The position numbers were made by a program, and so were the translations under genes. Below, piece after piece: positions 17,990-26,907 of a DNA stretch of 64,000 bases. Source of the DNA: a virus (Duplodnaviria; Caudoviricetes). Each line of letters starts with the position of its first letter. Position 1 is the first letter of the stretch. The stretch covers positions 288,001 to 352,000 of the IMG/VR virus record IMGVR_UViG_3300009031_000221; one strand, given 5' to 3'. Under the pieces are notes generated by a model. It searched no databases. It saw only the letters and a list, made by a program, of their open reading frames with translations, and was not told where the DNA came from.

Positions 17990-18916
17990 CTAGGACATGA
18001 AGGGGCTGAGTGTCCAGTTGCCGATAGTCTGGCGTAGGAACACTAGGGCACGGGATACAGTGGCCTTGCTGATGCTGAGGGACTGAGCTATCTCACCCCT
18101 CTCATATCCCTCAATGACCATAGGTAGGATACGTAGGGCCGTGGCCTCGAGTGCTTGGTCCTTCTTTGTAGTACTCTGTTCCTTGATGTACGTAATGAAA
18201 TCCCGCATCAGGATAGGGTCATGTACCTGTACACTAGAACCACCACCATTGAACTGCGTCTTGCCACAGGCATCTGCTACGTCCATCGACACAGCCTGCC
18301 CATCCTCATAGCCAATGATCCCTATCTGCTCAACAGACCTCTGCCTTGATACCTTGCGATGGTAATTCGACAGGATGCATCCTGCTACCATGTGGACGTA
18401 GTGCCCAAAGCTAGACTTCGCAGGATCCCACGCACACGTGCCACTGTTGCGTACCAGGAGCCCCTTATAGACCTCCTGCAATACATCCTCAGGCTCATAC
18501 CCCATCGCATAGATACGCCTGCCATACCCCGCAAATAACAACTTCGCTACCTCATGCCCTCTTCTCTGCAAATCTATCCCCTGACTCGGACTCTTGGCCC
18601 TAGGGGTATTTGGGGCTACCGTATTTGGGGCTACCGTAATTGATGTAGGCGATAGAGGCCCTGTAGCAAACATATCCAATATGGGAAACCCAGTAGTTAA
18701 TTGATTTTCGTATTTCCCCTGCCGGAAATACCTGTCCCATGTCCAATGCCTAGCCTCAGGATGTCCTGTCAATCCAATGAGTAACTGCCGTTTAGTGGGG
18801 AATACTTTTCCCTGAGCCTTGTATTTCCCATCAGGCAATAGGGCAATGGGAATGGCACCATCCTCATATCTGCTATAAATGGTAGATACCAAGCCAGTAT
18901 CAGCAACGGTTAACAT
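17990..18916 (-). CDS. Phage-encoded sigma-70/ECF-like RNA polymerase sigma factor with N-terminal extension
   Basis: Region 2-like EDVLQEV...WDPAKSSFGHYV...L.NYHRK and region 4 HTH GYERGEIAQSLSISKATVSR. Confidence 0.75.
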   Translation of the reverse strand: MLTVADTGLVSTIYSRYEDGAIPIALLPDGKYKAQGKVFPTKRQLLIGLTGHPEARHWTWDRYFRQGKYENQLTTGFPILDMFATGPLSPTSITVAPNTVAPNTPRAKSPSQGIDLQRRGHEVAKLLFAGYGRRIYAMGYEPEDVLQEVYKGLLVRNSGTCAWDPAKSSFGHYVHMVAGCILSNYHRKVSRQRSVEQIGIIGYEDGQAVSMDVADACGKTQFNGGGSSVQVHDPILMRDFITYIKEQSTTKKDQALEATALRILPMVIEGYERGEIAQSLSISKATVSRALVFLRQTIGNWTLSPFMS

Positions 18917-19195
18917 AGGTAGGCCCCCATAGACAATTTCCAGATTCTGTTGTTCGCGACTAGTTTCATTTTGTGTGGGGGTTTATTTGGCGCCCCGACA
19001 TATCCTTGGACCATCTCGCGGAACCCTGTGATTTGACAAGAACAGGGTTCAGGCGTGTCTGGTGGAAGTAGTACACTACTCGGAGAAGTAAGTCAAGGAA
19101 AGGGATGGAAAGGGGGTAAGAAGGGGGATATTTGTCTGGGTGATTTCTGGACGTAGTCTGTATAGGTGTTGTAGGGGGTAATGTGATATGACCCT

Positions 19196-19669
19196 ATGGT
19201 GTCTAATACCCAAACTGGAGGCGAAACGAGGATGGCGGCATATACGGATAGAGTGACGGTGATACGGGAGTTCAATACTCTGGGAGATTTGATGTGGCAG
19301 TTTCGCACGTGTGCCTGTGCGAAGCATCTCCTGGGCTACAATTCGAAGAAGTCGTGGTATTGCGGTACTTGCAAGATAGTTTTGGACCCGCCGGCGACGT
19401 GGTGGCCTGGGTTTATCTGGGACCATGTAGAGGGATGGTTTGGGGGAGACGTGGGGACGTGTTGTAAACGTGGTCATCCTTACGCAGAGCATACGTTGGC
19501 AGAGATCGCGGCGACGTATGACCCTCCTAGGGATCCTGACGAGTTGTTTAAGGCCTTGTTGGGATCTGGGGGTCACAAGGATTTGTTTCGGGTGATGACC
19601 GGGCTTTATCCTGTGGAGTTTGACGAGGACGGCAACGTAGAAGTACTTGAGGAGAAGGGCGATGAGTAA
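19196..19669 (+). CDS. Hypothetical protein with Cys/His motifs
   Basis: C.CAKH, CGTC, CKRGH. Confidence 0.6.
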   Translation: MVSNTQTGGETRMAAYTDRVTVIREFNTLGDLMWQFRTCACAKHLLGYNSKKSWYCGTCKIVLDPPATWWPGFIWDHVEGWFGGDVGTCCKRGHPYAEHTLAEIAATYDPPRDPDELFKALLGSGGHKDLFRVMTGLYPVEFDEDGNVEVLEEKGDE

Positions 19670-20240
19670 TTGGTGGTTGACTTGGTATTTGACGTCTGAT
19701 TTCCTACCGAAGGCGGATAGGGTAGTCTTGGGGTGGTATCCGGATTGTGATTGGAGGCCTGGGGTTGTCTATGCGGTGTGCAGGGTCGAGTTTGACGGGC
19801 GTTCGGATGAGTGGCAGTCCGTGAATTTGAACATCAACATGCGGGACATAAAGAATCCGACTGGGGCTCCTTTGTATTGGCAGGAGTTGCCTACGGGGCC
19901 TGGGGGAGAGGATCCGTATGCGTCATGGGACCAGCAAACGGCTCATTATGAGATGCGGGTAAGCAAGCAGAAGTACGAGAGTGACCTTGTAGCGGCGATT
20001 ATGGGTAGCGATGGGGTAGAGAAGCGGGATTTCCGTATACAGCAAGTATGCCCAATGGAGTATCAGGGCATCGATACGGTGTGTTTGTCGTTTCACGATT
20101 ACACGGATCTACGGAAGTATCGTCGGGATTGTTTGCATGATGTAAATGACAATGAGGGGGATCGGGGCAAGTTGTTTGAAACGTCTGTATTGGTATCAGG
20201 GCAGGTACCATCAGGGACGATGTGGTGCGTCTTGAAGTGA
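19662..20240 (+). CDS. Hypothetical protein, paralog of 20253
   Basis: VLGWYP, PLYW..LP.GP.GED.YA, LVAAI, GVEKR.F, CLS..DY shared. Confidence 0.7.
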   Translation: MSNWWLTWYLTSDFLPKADRVVLGWYPDCDWRPGVVYAVCRVEFDGRSDEWQSVNLNINMRDIKNPTGAPLYWQELPTGPGGEDPYASWDQQTAHYEMRVSKQKYESDLVAAIMGSDGVEKRDFRIQQVCPMEYQGIDTVCLSFHDYTDLRKYRRDCLHDVNDNEGDRGKLFETSVLVSGQVPSGTMWCVLK

Positions 20241-20252
20241 AGGAGAAGGGCG

Positions 20253-21011
20253 ATGAGTAACCTTGACAACAATAGTGACAAGTGGATTTCGGTATTGGAG
20301 ACGTTGCCTATAGACTGGCGATTTGTGTTGGGTTGGTATCCATCGGAGGATCCGAACGGGATCAACACGGTGTTTCGTTCTGAGGGGCGTTGGTGGGGAA
20401 TCAACCTGTGCAATTCGAGGTTTGGCAATGGTGATTGTGCTGCTCCTTTGTATTGGCGATATTTGCCGTCTGGGCCTAATGGGGAGGATGTCTATGCGCC
20501 GCACCCTGCGATAGCGGAGAGGGCAACGGCCTGGATCAAGGCGGAGGCGCTTGTGGCAGCGATTGTGAAGGCTGAGGGCGACGGAGTCGGGGTAGAGAAG
20601 CGAGAGTTTGGTAGTGTCCTGTCTCCTGATACCGATTGGAAGGAGATTGAAACGATATGTTTGTCCTTACCTGATTACTTGCATATTCGGCGTAACCATT
20701 TCGTGTCATTGACGGGTGTAAATGACACGAAGAGTGAACGTGGGGAGTTGTTTGGTGCGAATGACGGGGCATCCGGTACGCCTGGACAGATCCCGTGCCC
20801 AATCAGATGCCATTTGACGGCCTTCATCTACCGTCAGTCCCTGGGGCATGGCCAGTTCGATCATGTCCATGATGATCAGGACGTTCCCATCGTACATTTG
20901 CAGGTTTTGGATCCTCTGATCAACCACGAGGTCGAAGATCGGGCCATAGAATGTCTGCATGACCTGAATGCGAGGATCGTAATCCCGGCTGAATACCAGA
21001 TTGGCAACTGA
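20253..21011 (+). CDS. Hypothetical protein, paralog of 19662, with a run-on tail antisense to the next gene
   Basis: Similarity ends at RGELF (about 20755); remainder overlaps 20706-21317. Confidence 0.6.
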   Translation: MSNLDNNSDKWISVLETLPIDWRFVLGWYPSEDPNGINTVFRSEGRWWGINLCNSRFGNGDCAAPLYWRYLPSGPNGEDVYAPHPAIAERATAWIKAEALVAAIVKAEGDGVGVEKREFGSVLSPDTDWKEIETICLSLPDYLHIRRNHFVSLTGVNDTKSERGELFGANDGASGTPGQIPCPIRCHLTAFIYRQSLGHGQFDHVHDDQDVPIVHLQVLDPLINHEVEDRAIECLHDLNARIVIPAEYQIGN

Positions 21012-21317
21012 CCGCTCAGGGTCAAGGAACAGAACTCGGTTGTTTGGATCCTTGTCAATCCACCCCTTGGCGATTGCACGAAGAACTGTCGTTTTCCCCG
21101 TGTTCGCCTCGCCTGCGATAACATGGTCATTGGCGAAGGTACATTCATTTATCAGGCTACGGCCACCATCACCGTAAATGACGCCGAAGTTCATCGCCTT
21201 GGCCATTTGCCGATTCCGCTTCGGGTCAACCTTGGCCTCAACGGCACGGGGCAGGAAAGGCACAGCCATTGCGGCCAGGGCAGTGGCGAGGAAGTTACGG
21301 CGTGTCGGGTTCGTCAT
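20706..21317 (-). CDS. Chimeric protein: Tat-like signal, PolA motif-B-like peptide, RecA/DnaB-like P-loop fragment
   Basis: TRRNFL; RQMAKAMNFGVIYG; GEANTGKTT, VLFLDPE, LIIMD, CPVI..KQL. Confidence 0.65.
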   Translation of the reverse strand: MTNPTRRNFLATALAAMAVPFLPRAVEAKVDPKRNRQMAKAMNFGVIYGDGGRSLINECTFANDHVIAGEANTGKTTVLRAIAKGWIDKDPNNRVLFLDPERSVANLVFSRDYDPRIQVMQTFYGPIFDLVVDQRIQNLQMYDGNVLIIMDMIELAMPQGLTVDEGRQMASDWARDLSRRTGCPVIRTKQLPTFTLRVIYTRQ

Positions 21318-21346
21318 GGGGAGTCCTTGTATGTAGATCGATCTAT

Positions 21347-22021
21347 TTACGCAATTGGCGGGGCAATTAGGTCTACCTGATTGAACGCCGCCTCGATCAT
21401 TTCGTTGAACTTGGCACGCTGAATTGATTTTGCCTCATCATAGCGAGCTTCAATGCCAGTGTTGGTACGAAAGCCTCGTTCAGCAAATGCCTCTCGGGCA
21501 GCGCGGGCGGCGCTACGACATTCACGAACAACACTGCTAGGGGTATATCCCGTTGAAGCATGCACGGCAGCAAGGCTGGCTTGATAACCTGATTCAGTAC
21601 GGGTATTCAGCATGGCTTCGTATGCTATCTCACGTGATTCGGCACGAATGGTTTCATCCCCTGTTTCCAAGTAACGCTTGACAAGCTCAGGGCAATCCCA
21701 ATCGGAAACAACCTGAAGGACACACCAACGGGCATATTCACGGAGGGTTGAAGTTGCATCAATCCGTTTTAGGTGCGTCCGTTTACTTGCGGCAACCTTA
21801 TCCCCATGATGTTCTACGATGGTTCCGCCTAGTTCTACTAGGTCAAGCGTTGGGCTACCTGCGGCTGCATAATGCAGTGCGTCGTACGGGTCTACTGAGG
21901 CATGCAGGCCATTGTGGCAAGCAGTGATTTCGCCTTCCTGAATGTAGGGCTCAGGGCGAACCTCATAGATGATAGTGCCGTGCTGTGCAAGCCCTTTGTT
22001 ACTGAACCAGTAGGCTTTCAT
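21347..22021 (-). CDS. MKAYWFS-family paralog
   Basis: CHNGLHAS.DP.DAL, EYARWC.L, YLETGD. Confidence 0.75.
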   Translation of the reverse strand: MKAYWFSNKGLAQHGTIIYEVRPEPYIQEGEITACHNGLHASVDPYDALHYAAAGSPTLDLVELGGTIVEHHGDKVAASKRTHLKRIDATSTLREYARWCVLQVVSDWDCPELVKRYLETGDETIRAESREIAYEAMLNTRTESGYQASLAAVHASTGYTPSSVVRECRSAARAAREAFAERGFRTNTGIEARYDEAKSIQRAKFNEMIEAAFNQVDLIAPPIA

Positions 22022-22653
22022 GGAGTTTCCTTGGCGAATGCTGCATCGATCATTTCGTTGAACTTGACACGGAGAGGAATGATGGCGATTTCATCCGCGA
22101 TTGTATGTGAAGTTGTAGCGTCGACGACAGCGTATGCGGCTTCTTCCGCATCCCCTGCGACAACGTTAGGGTGACATGCCATGCAGGCAGCCCTATTCGC
22201 ACGATGAACAACCGTACGATCACCCTTTACCATAAGCACCCTATTAGCATCATAGACGGCCTTGTATGCCTTCTTCTGAAGGGTAGGATCCCCCGTTTCC
22301 AGGTATTGCTTGACAACTTCCGGACATTCCCAAAGGTGAATGACCCGAAGGGCACACCAACGAGTAAACTCACGGATAATCGGAAGGGCATCGATACGCT
22401 TGATGTGCGTACGATGGCTTGCCACGTACTTGTGATTCAATCCTATACCGTGTTCCTTGATCTGGCCATCAAGCTCCACGATATCGACCATGTTCCCATT
22501 ATTGGCGAACAACAATGCTTGGAAAGGATCCTCACCGGCATGGAGCCCGTGTATACAAGGGACAACAGGCTCATCCTCTACAAAGGGCTCAGGGCGAACT
22601 GTGTAGGTGTTTCCGTGGGATCTTCCACCCTTGCTAAACCAATAGGCTTTCAT
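22018..22653 (-). CDS. MKAYWFS-family paralog
   Basis: CIHGLHAG.DP..AL, EFTRWCAL, YLETGD. Confidence 0.75.
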   Translation of the reverse strand: MKAYWFSKGGRSHGNTYTVRPEPFVEDEPVVPCIHGLHAGEDPFQALLFANNGNMVDIVELDGQIKEHGIGLNHKYVASHRTHIKRIDALPIIREFTRWCALRVIHLWECPEVVKQYLETGDPTLQKKAYKAVYDANRVLMVKGDRTVVHRANRAACMACHPNVVAGDAEEAAYAVVDATTSHTIADEIAIIPLRVKFNEMIDAAFAKETP

Positions 22654-23216
22654 GCTTTTTCCTCACTCGATGGTTGCGTCATCCCACGGTCGAAGATCTC
22701 TACGTCAATGCGTTCTCCTGCCATGGCGGATTCGGCGGAATTCTTGACGCCCTGGTTTGCAACACCTCGCACGTATTCGATGATATCGGACAGTTTGTTC
22801 AAGGAATTCCGTGCGTCCTCATAGAGGGCTACGAATTGTTCGTTATCGTTGGTTACCCAACGGCGAATAGGGCTGCCATTTTGGGCTCTTGTAGATCCTA
22901 CTGCAAACTCCCCAAAGCCATACACCTTCATGGCGTTCTGGGTGCATTCAATGGTGGAAATGATCATATCTACATCGGTCAGGATGGTACGGGAAGTGTA
23001 GGCATGTCCGGTACGGACAAGCTTTTGGATGACATCTCGCCGAGTGAGGGCGATGAACATGGGGTTGTAATCCCTTGGAAGCTCAAACACATTCGTTCCC
23101 GCCATGGACTTCCATCGCACCATCCGTTGTTCAGCGGTTGTCCGTGACAGGACAGATACGCCCTTGAGAGCCCCAATGACAAGAAGGATGGCGATGAGGA
23201 TTCCAAGAAATTCCAT
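22650..23216 (-). CDS. Membrane-anchored hypothetical protein
   Basis: N-terminal hydrophobic helix; ATGA coupling. Confidence 0.65.
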   Translation of the reverse strand: MEFLGILIAILLVIGALKGVSVLSRTTAEQRMVRWKSMAGTNVFELPRDYNPMFIALTRRDVIQKLVRTGHAYTSRTILTDVDMIISTIECTQNAMKVYGFGEFAVGSTRAQNGSPIRRWVTNDNEQFVALYEDARNSLNKLSDIIEYVRGVANQGVKNSAESAMAGERIDVEIFDRGMTQPSSEEKA

Positions 23217-23252
23217 GACGGGTGTAGCTCCAATGCAGTCCGTTATTCTACG

Positions 23253-23522
23253 CTACCACTTGATGATCCAGGAGGTACTTTTGGGTTGGGACGTGTACGT
23301 GGGTTGGAATCCACGTTTTAGTAGATCCGCTTTGATGGATTCGGCACCATCGTCAACAAAGTCAAGATCGATACATACTAGGTTGAGGTGTGGATGTGTT
23401 TTCACCTGATTGCGGATCCTCTGATCGATGGCCCGCAAAGCGTCATTGATATTATTTGTGGAGTACTGCTGTGCCAACAGTTTTACCCCCGCAGCAGTCA
23501 GAAGATTATCATCCATGTGCAT
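23253..23522 (-). CDS. Hypothetical protein
   Basis: Directly downstream of a promoter motif. Confidence 0.65.
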   Translation of the reverse strand: MHMDDNLLTAAGVKLLAQQYSTNNINDALRAIDQRIRNQVKTHPHLNLVCIDLDFVDDGAESIKADLLKRGFQPTYTSQPKSTSWIIKW

Positions 23523-23550
23523 TATCCTTATGAAGGTATCCCCAGGACGA

Positions 23551-23577
23551 TCTACGCAGGTTGGGCTAGAAGTAAGC
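23551..23577 (-). promoter_or_regulatory. Bipartite promoter-like motif (GCTTACTT-N12-GCGTAGA)
   Basis: Plus strand reads TCTACGC-N12-AAGTAAGC. Confidence 0.75.
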
Positions 23578-23584
23578 CCCGCGA

Positions 23585-24043
23585 TTAGACCTTGGGCTTG
23601 CCGTTGGTCAGATGGGCCAGGAGCGCCGCGAACTCGAACTTGTTGAGCCGACGGTCATCCGGCAAATCCTTCAGGCGCAACAAGATTTCGCTTTCGTCAC
23701 CCTTGGCGACGTTGAGGAATGCCAGGTCTTCCTCGGCGATGTCCACTTCCCACAGGGGACGGGCACGCTTGCCGACGAAGACGTAGGGCAAGTCGGAACC
23801 GGCGTAGGAACTGGAATGCCCGTGGTCGGGGACTTCGCCGCCCGGGGAGTGCATGTTGAAGGTTTCGCACACAACGACCTGATTTTCCCACATGACACGC
23901 AACGTGGTGCCCTCGGGGATGATCAGGGCATGCTTGCGGTCATGCGTGCCGGAGGCGGAAATGGACTCCTTGCGCTGGATGAAGCGGAAGCCCCAGTCAT
24001 TGCCCTCTGCCAATCGAATGAATTTCATCGGTTCCTCCACCAT
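23585..24043 (-). CDS. Hypothetical protein (GC-rich)
   Basis: Between two promoter motifs. Confidence 0.65.
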   Translation of the reverse strand: MVEEPMKFIRLAEGNDWGFRFIQRKESISASGTHDRKHALIIPEGTTLRVMWENQVVVCETFNMHSPGGEVPDHGHSSSYAGSDLPYVFVGKRARPLWEVDIAEEDLAFLNVAKGDESEILLRLKDLPDDRRLNKFEFAALLAHLTNGKPKV

Positions 24044-24083
24044 GTAGTTCGTGTGACAGGGTTTAGTCCATGTCTACACGTCA

Positions 24084-24110
24084 TCTACGCGATGGTTCCG
24101 GTAAGTAAGT
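24084..24110 (-). promoter_or_regulatory. Bipartite promoter-like motif (ACTTACTT-N12-GCGTAGA)
   Basis: Plus strand TCTACGC-N12-AAGTAAGT. Confidence 0.75.
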
Positions 24111-24322
24111 CATCCAAACAGAACGTAGTAGACGCTAGCGATAACGGTAAGCCCTACCACGAATCCTAGGAGCCTATAGCGTGTAGGGGAATAGGATACC
24201 TTGGTGGCTGGTGCGTCTGCCAAAGCTTCGTCCAACTGGGCATCGATCTCAGCGCTTGTCATGACCTTCATGCGACGTGTCATAGTGCCCTCGTGTCCTG
24301 TTCGGTTACTTCTGCCAGCCAA
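24110..24322 (-). CDS. Small membrane protein
   Basis: C-terminal hydrophobic helix. Confidence 0.55.
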   Translation of the reverse strand: MAGRSNRTGHEGTMTRRMKVMTSAEIDAQLDEALADAPATKVSYSPTRYRLLGFVVGLTVIASVYYVLFG

Positions 24323-24564
24323 TCCCGAAATCCTGTATTAGCCCACGGCATTGCAAGCCGATTGGTTTCATTCTTCAGGGTGCTAAATGACATCTTGAAT
24401 GGGTCATTCTGACCAAACAAGTCCAGATAGGCACGCTCCCATAACCGGCGTTGATCGGGCAAGCATCCATCTATGGCAGCTAGTTGCACGGCACGATAGT
24501 AAACAAAGGGATGTTTGAATTCCCCTTTATTTGCAAGCACACGTTCAAGATAGCCCGGTGTCAT
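24280..24564 (-). CDS. Hypothetical protein
   Basis: ATGA coupling. Confidence 0.6.
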   Translation of the reverse strand: MTPGYLERVLANKGEFKHPFVYYRAVQLAAIDGCLPDQRRLWERAYLDLFGQNDPFKMSFSTLKNETNRLAMPWANTGFRDWLAEVTEQDTRAL

Positions 24565-24941
24565 AGCGGGTCTTCCTCAATGTCATGCTGTGTCCCAAGG
24601 CAAAGGAATTCCAGTTCATCATGGATGTGATCCAGTTGGGCCTGCCGATACTGGGTCGCAGCGGCGATCAACATGATCTTCCTGGGACTCGAGTGATCGA
24701 ACAGCAATCCATAGTAGCCCAAAGCATCGGTAGACGCTTCCGCCAACTTCGTTGCAAGCTCGAGCACATCAGGCGTAGGAGGCCAGTTGAAGAAGTTCAT
24801 GACTGCCTCAGGCGTTTTCGTGACCGGATGCCCCGTACGACGCAGAAACTGCCCTGCATCCAACACACGGTTGCGGCCTTTGGATTCGTCGCTCTGCATG
24901 TAGGCGGAGATCAATTCAGATGTCAAGTAATCGTCAATCAT
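24561..24941 (-). CDS. Hypothetical protein
   Basis: Coupled. Confidence 0.6.
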   Translation of the reverse strand: MIDDYLTSELISAYMQSDESKGRNRVLDAGQFLRRTGHPVTKTPEAVMNFFNWPPTPDVLELATKLAEASTDALGYYGLLFDHSSPRKIMLIAAATQYRQAQLDHIHDELEFLCLGTQHDIEEDPL

Positions 24942-25602
24942 TTGTGTATCCTTTATAGTGCGGGAACAAGGCGGAACGCGCTTGAATCCCTAGATTCTGT
25001 CCTCTGCAATCATCAAGGGGTTTGGTCGCATGCTTCCAAGGATTCCCGATAATGTCCTGTTTTTCCATAGGGGAGTCGGAATAGTATGCTGCCATGCCCA
25101 GTTGAGTGAATAGCACACTCACAGGTCCCTCCTGGGTATCCGAAATAGCTACGGGGTGTACCTGAATAGGGATACAAACTTGATTGACTCGTGGGTCAAT
25201 CTCGCGGGCGGTTCCCACCAAGGCAGTGATGCAGTCGTTCAATGAAATCCGCAGTGATTCAATGGCATTATTGGCAATAACCTCCATTGAATCACTGGGG
25301 TTTGTGTTGTATGCCAGTTCAAATAGCGGGATAGTTACCCTCCTGCCTGTCCGGTTCTCTAGAATATCGTTCCCATCCTCCCCGAGGAAGAATACAGGTG
25401 TGTTCGGATCTTTGTCATAGATAGGGGCACATCCTGAAGGCAAATCATCGAAATGAACGTGAATGGACTCCCATAGGATACCCTTTGGAAGGATGTTTGC
25501 TTTAGATACCAGGGGAGTGGCAAGGGATGATCGGGTTTGGAAGCCGAGAATGGCAGCGATCGATACTCCCAATGTATTGTGGAGGAATGTTCGACGATTC
25601 AT
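24934..25602 (-). CDS. Tat-signal protein resembling an internally deleted major capsid protein
   Basis: MNRRTFL; LPSGCAPIYDKDP...GEDGNDIL....RRVTIPLFELAYN matches my recollection of a large-phage capsid family. Confidence 0.55.
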   Translation of the reverse strand: MNRRTFLHNTLGVSIAAILGFQTRSSLATPLVSKANILPKGILWESIHVHFDDLPSGCAPIYDKDPNTPVFFLGEDGNDILENRTGRRVTIPLFELAYNTNPSDSMEVIANNAIESLRISLNDCITALVGTAREIDPRVNQVCIPIQVHPVAISDTQEGPVSVLFTQLGMAAYYSDSPMEKQDIIGNPWKHATKPLDDCRGQNLGIQARSALFPHYKGYTND

Positions 25603-25614
25603 GATCCCGTATCC

Positions 25615-25941
25615 TTATAGCGTGAAGGCGTATGGTCCCGTGGTCATAGGGACTTCCTTGACTGTACCGTATTCCTGCCGTGCCCATTGGCGGAGCAAAC
25701 GCCCAGGTTCGTCCGATGTACCCTCAATGAGATCCCAACGGACTGGAGGTCCGTCCACGTCCCCTTCATCATTTGTCGTGTCAATGACAAATTGTTCGAC
25801 TTGGTACATGTAGTCTATACCCGTTCGCCCCCCAACCATTGCGTACAAATTTCCTGGGGGTTCCGATGCGTCATAAATCTTCAAGAACATGCATTCCTCC
25901 TTAGTGCACGATGGGTTGCCCCATTTTGACCGGTAACCCAT
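25615..25941 (-). CDS. Hypothetical protein
   Basis: Likely internal start MFLKIY. Confidence 0.55.
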   Translation of the reverse strand: MGYRSKWGNPSCTKEECMFLKIYDASEPPGNLYAMVGGRTGIDYMYQVEQFVIDTTNDEGDVDGPPVRWDLIEGTSDEPGRLLRQWARQEYGTVKEVPMTTGPYAFTL

Positions 25942-26416
25942 CGTTCACGTCATGGACCGCGTAGGGTTCCGCCAATGGGTACGATTGAGCTATCCTTAGG
26001 GATGTTTCCAACAGGTCAGGGGTTGTCATATCAATCGCTTCTTTTCGCCGTTTACGATCTTTTTCATCGTTCAAAGTCCAAAGCGTCTTCGTGGATCGCC
26101 CCATGAATATTTCATGTTGGAGGATCTCAAAATTGGGACCAACAAATACACGGGCTACCAATGTGGGTGTCGGGGGTTCTTCATACCTCCCCAAAACGAA
26201 CATCCATATGCCGTCAAAACATGAATCAATGCTTATGCGAACCCACTTCTCTGGCATGGCATCACAGAGGTGATTTGTGGCAGCATGATCGGTTTTTGGC
26301 ATATTATTTTCCATGATTCCGTCGATTCTTCCCAATTGCCCGCGTCTTGATGTCGTCATGGATGACATAGACCGTAGCGATGAATTGTGCTGTCGTGATG
26401 ATACCGATAAGGGCAA
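25901..26416 (-). CDS. Hypothetical protein
   Basis: Likely internal start MPKTD. Confidence 0.55.
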   Translation of the reverse strand: MPLSVSSRQHNSSLRSMSSMTTSRRGQLGRIDGIMENNMPKTDHAATNHLCDAMPEKWVRISIDSCFDGIWMFVLGRYEEPPTPTLVARVFVGPNFEILQHEIFMGRSTKTLWTLNDEKDRKRRKEAIDMTTPDLLETSLRIAQSYPLAEPYAVHDVNDGLPVKMGQPIVH

Positions 26417-26466
26417 TGCTACTTACGGTGAGTGCCGTAATGCTAGCTGCCTGCTTGATGGATTTT

Positions 26467-26907
26467 CTACTGAGCCTCATTGGTTTCTTCCTTCTTCTCA
26501 ATGCCCTGCATAGAGGCCATCAGGTTTATGGCGAAGATCCCAAAGGCATGACTCTCCGGTGAGTCATCAGGCGGAATGAACAGCCTTGGGTGTCCTTCCG
26601 CGATGGCCTTAGCCCTTGCCTTGGCCTCTAACGTGTACCAAGCAGGCAACTTGTGCCGATAGTTGGAAGTCGGGCCAGTGATGCACACCAAGTTCAGCAG
26701 GGTGGCACGATCAACGTCTACCGCATCAAGGATGGCATTCAGACCTTCGCAGTCATTGAGCATCCCGTTGAACATGATGTCTTGAATCGCCTCATATTCT
26801 CCGTCCGTCATATCCTCTTGCGAATAGAAGTTGATGGATTCCAGTGTTTCAGATGGCGTCATTTGATTTCCTCTTTCAGTTCGCCCATGGGTTGGAGATC
26901 CTTCCAT
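26467..26907 (-). CDS. Hypothetical protein, weakly similar to 46718-47026
   Basis: AI.D.V.....L...T.....LP pattern. Confidence 0.55.
   Translation of the reverse strand: MEGSPTHGRTERGNQMTPSETLESINFYSQEDMTDGEYEAIQDIMFNGMLNDCEGLNAILDAVDVDRATLLNLVCITGPTSNYRHKLPAWYTLEAKARAKAIAEGHPRLFIPPDDSPESHAFGIFAINLMASMQGIEKKEETNEAQ

Noticed and set aside
18604-18636. 15-bp tandem repeat in the sigma-like gene as a regulatory repeat
   Set aside because: In-frame duplication encoding VAPNT twice in a linker; simple slippage explains it
19086-19093. Full promoter-motif copy upstream of the sigma gene
   Set aside because: Only the ACTTACTT box matches; no GCGTA at 12-nt spacing, so it is kept as a half-site only
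20706-21317. A DNA polymerase or replicative helicase gene
   Set aside because: Only motif B of PolA and a partial RecA-type domain are present in 203 aa
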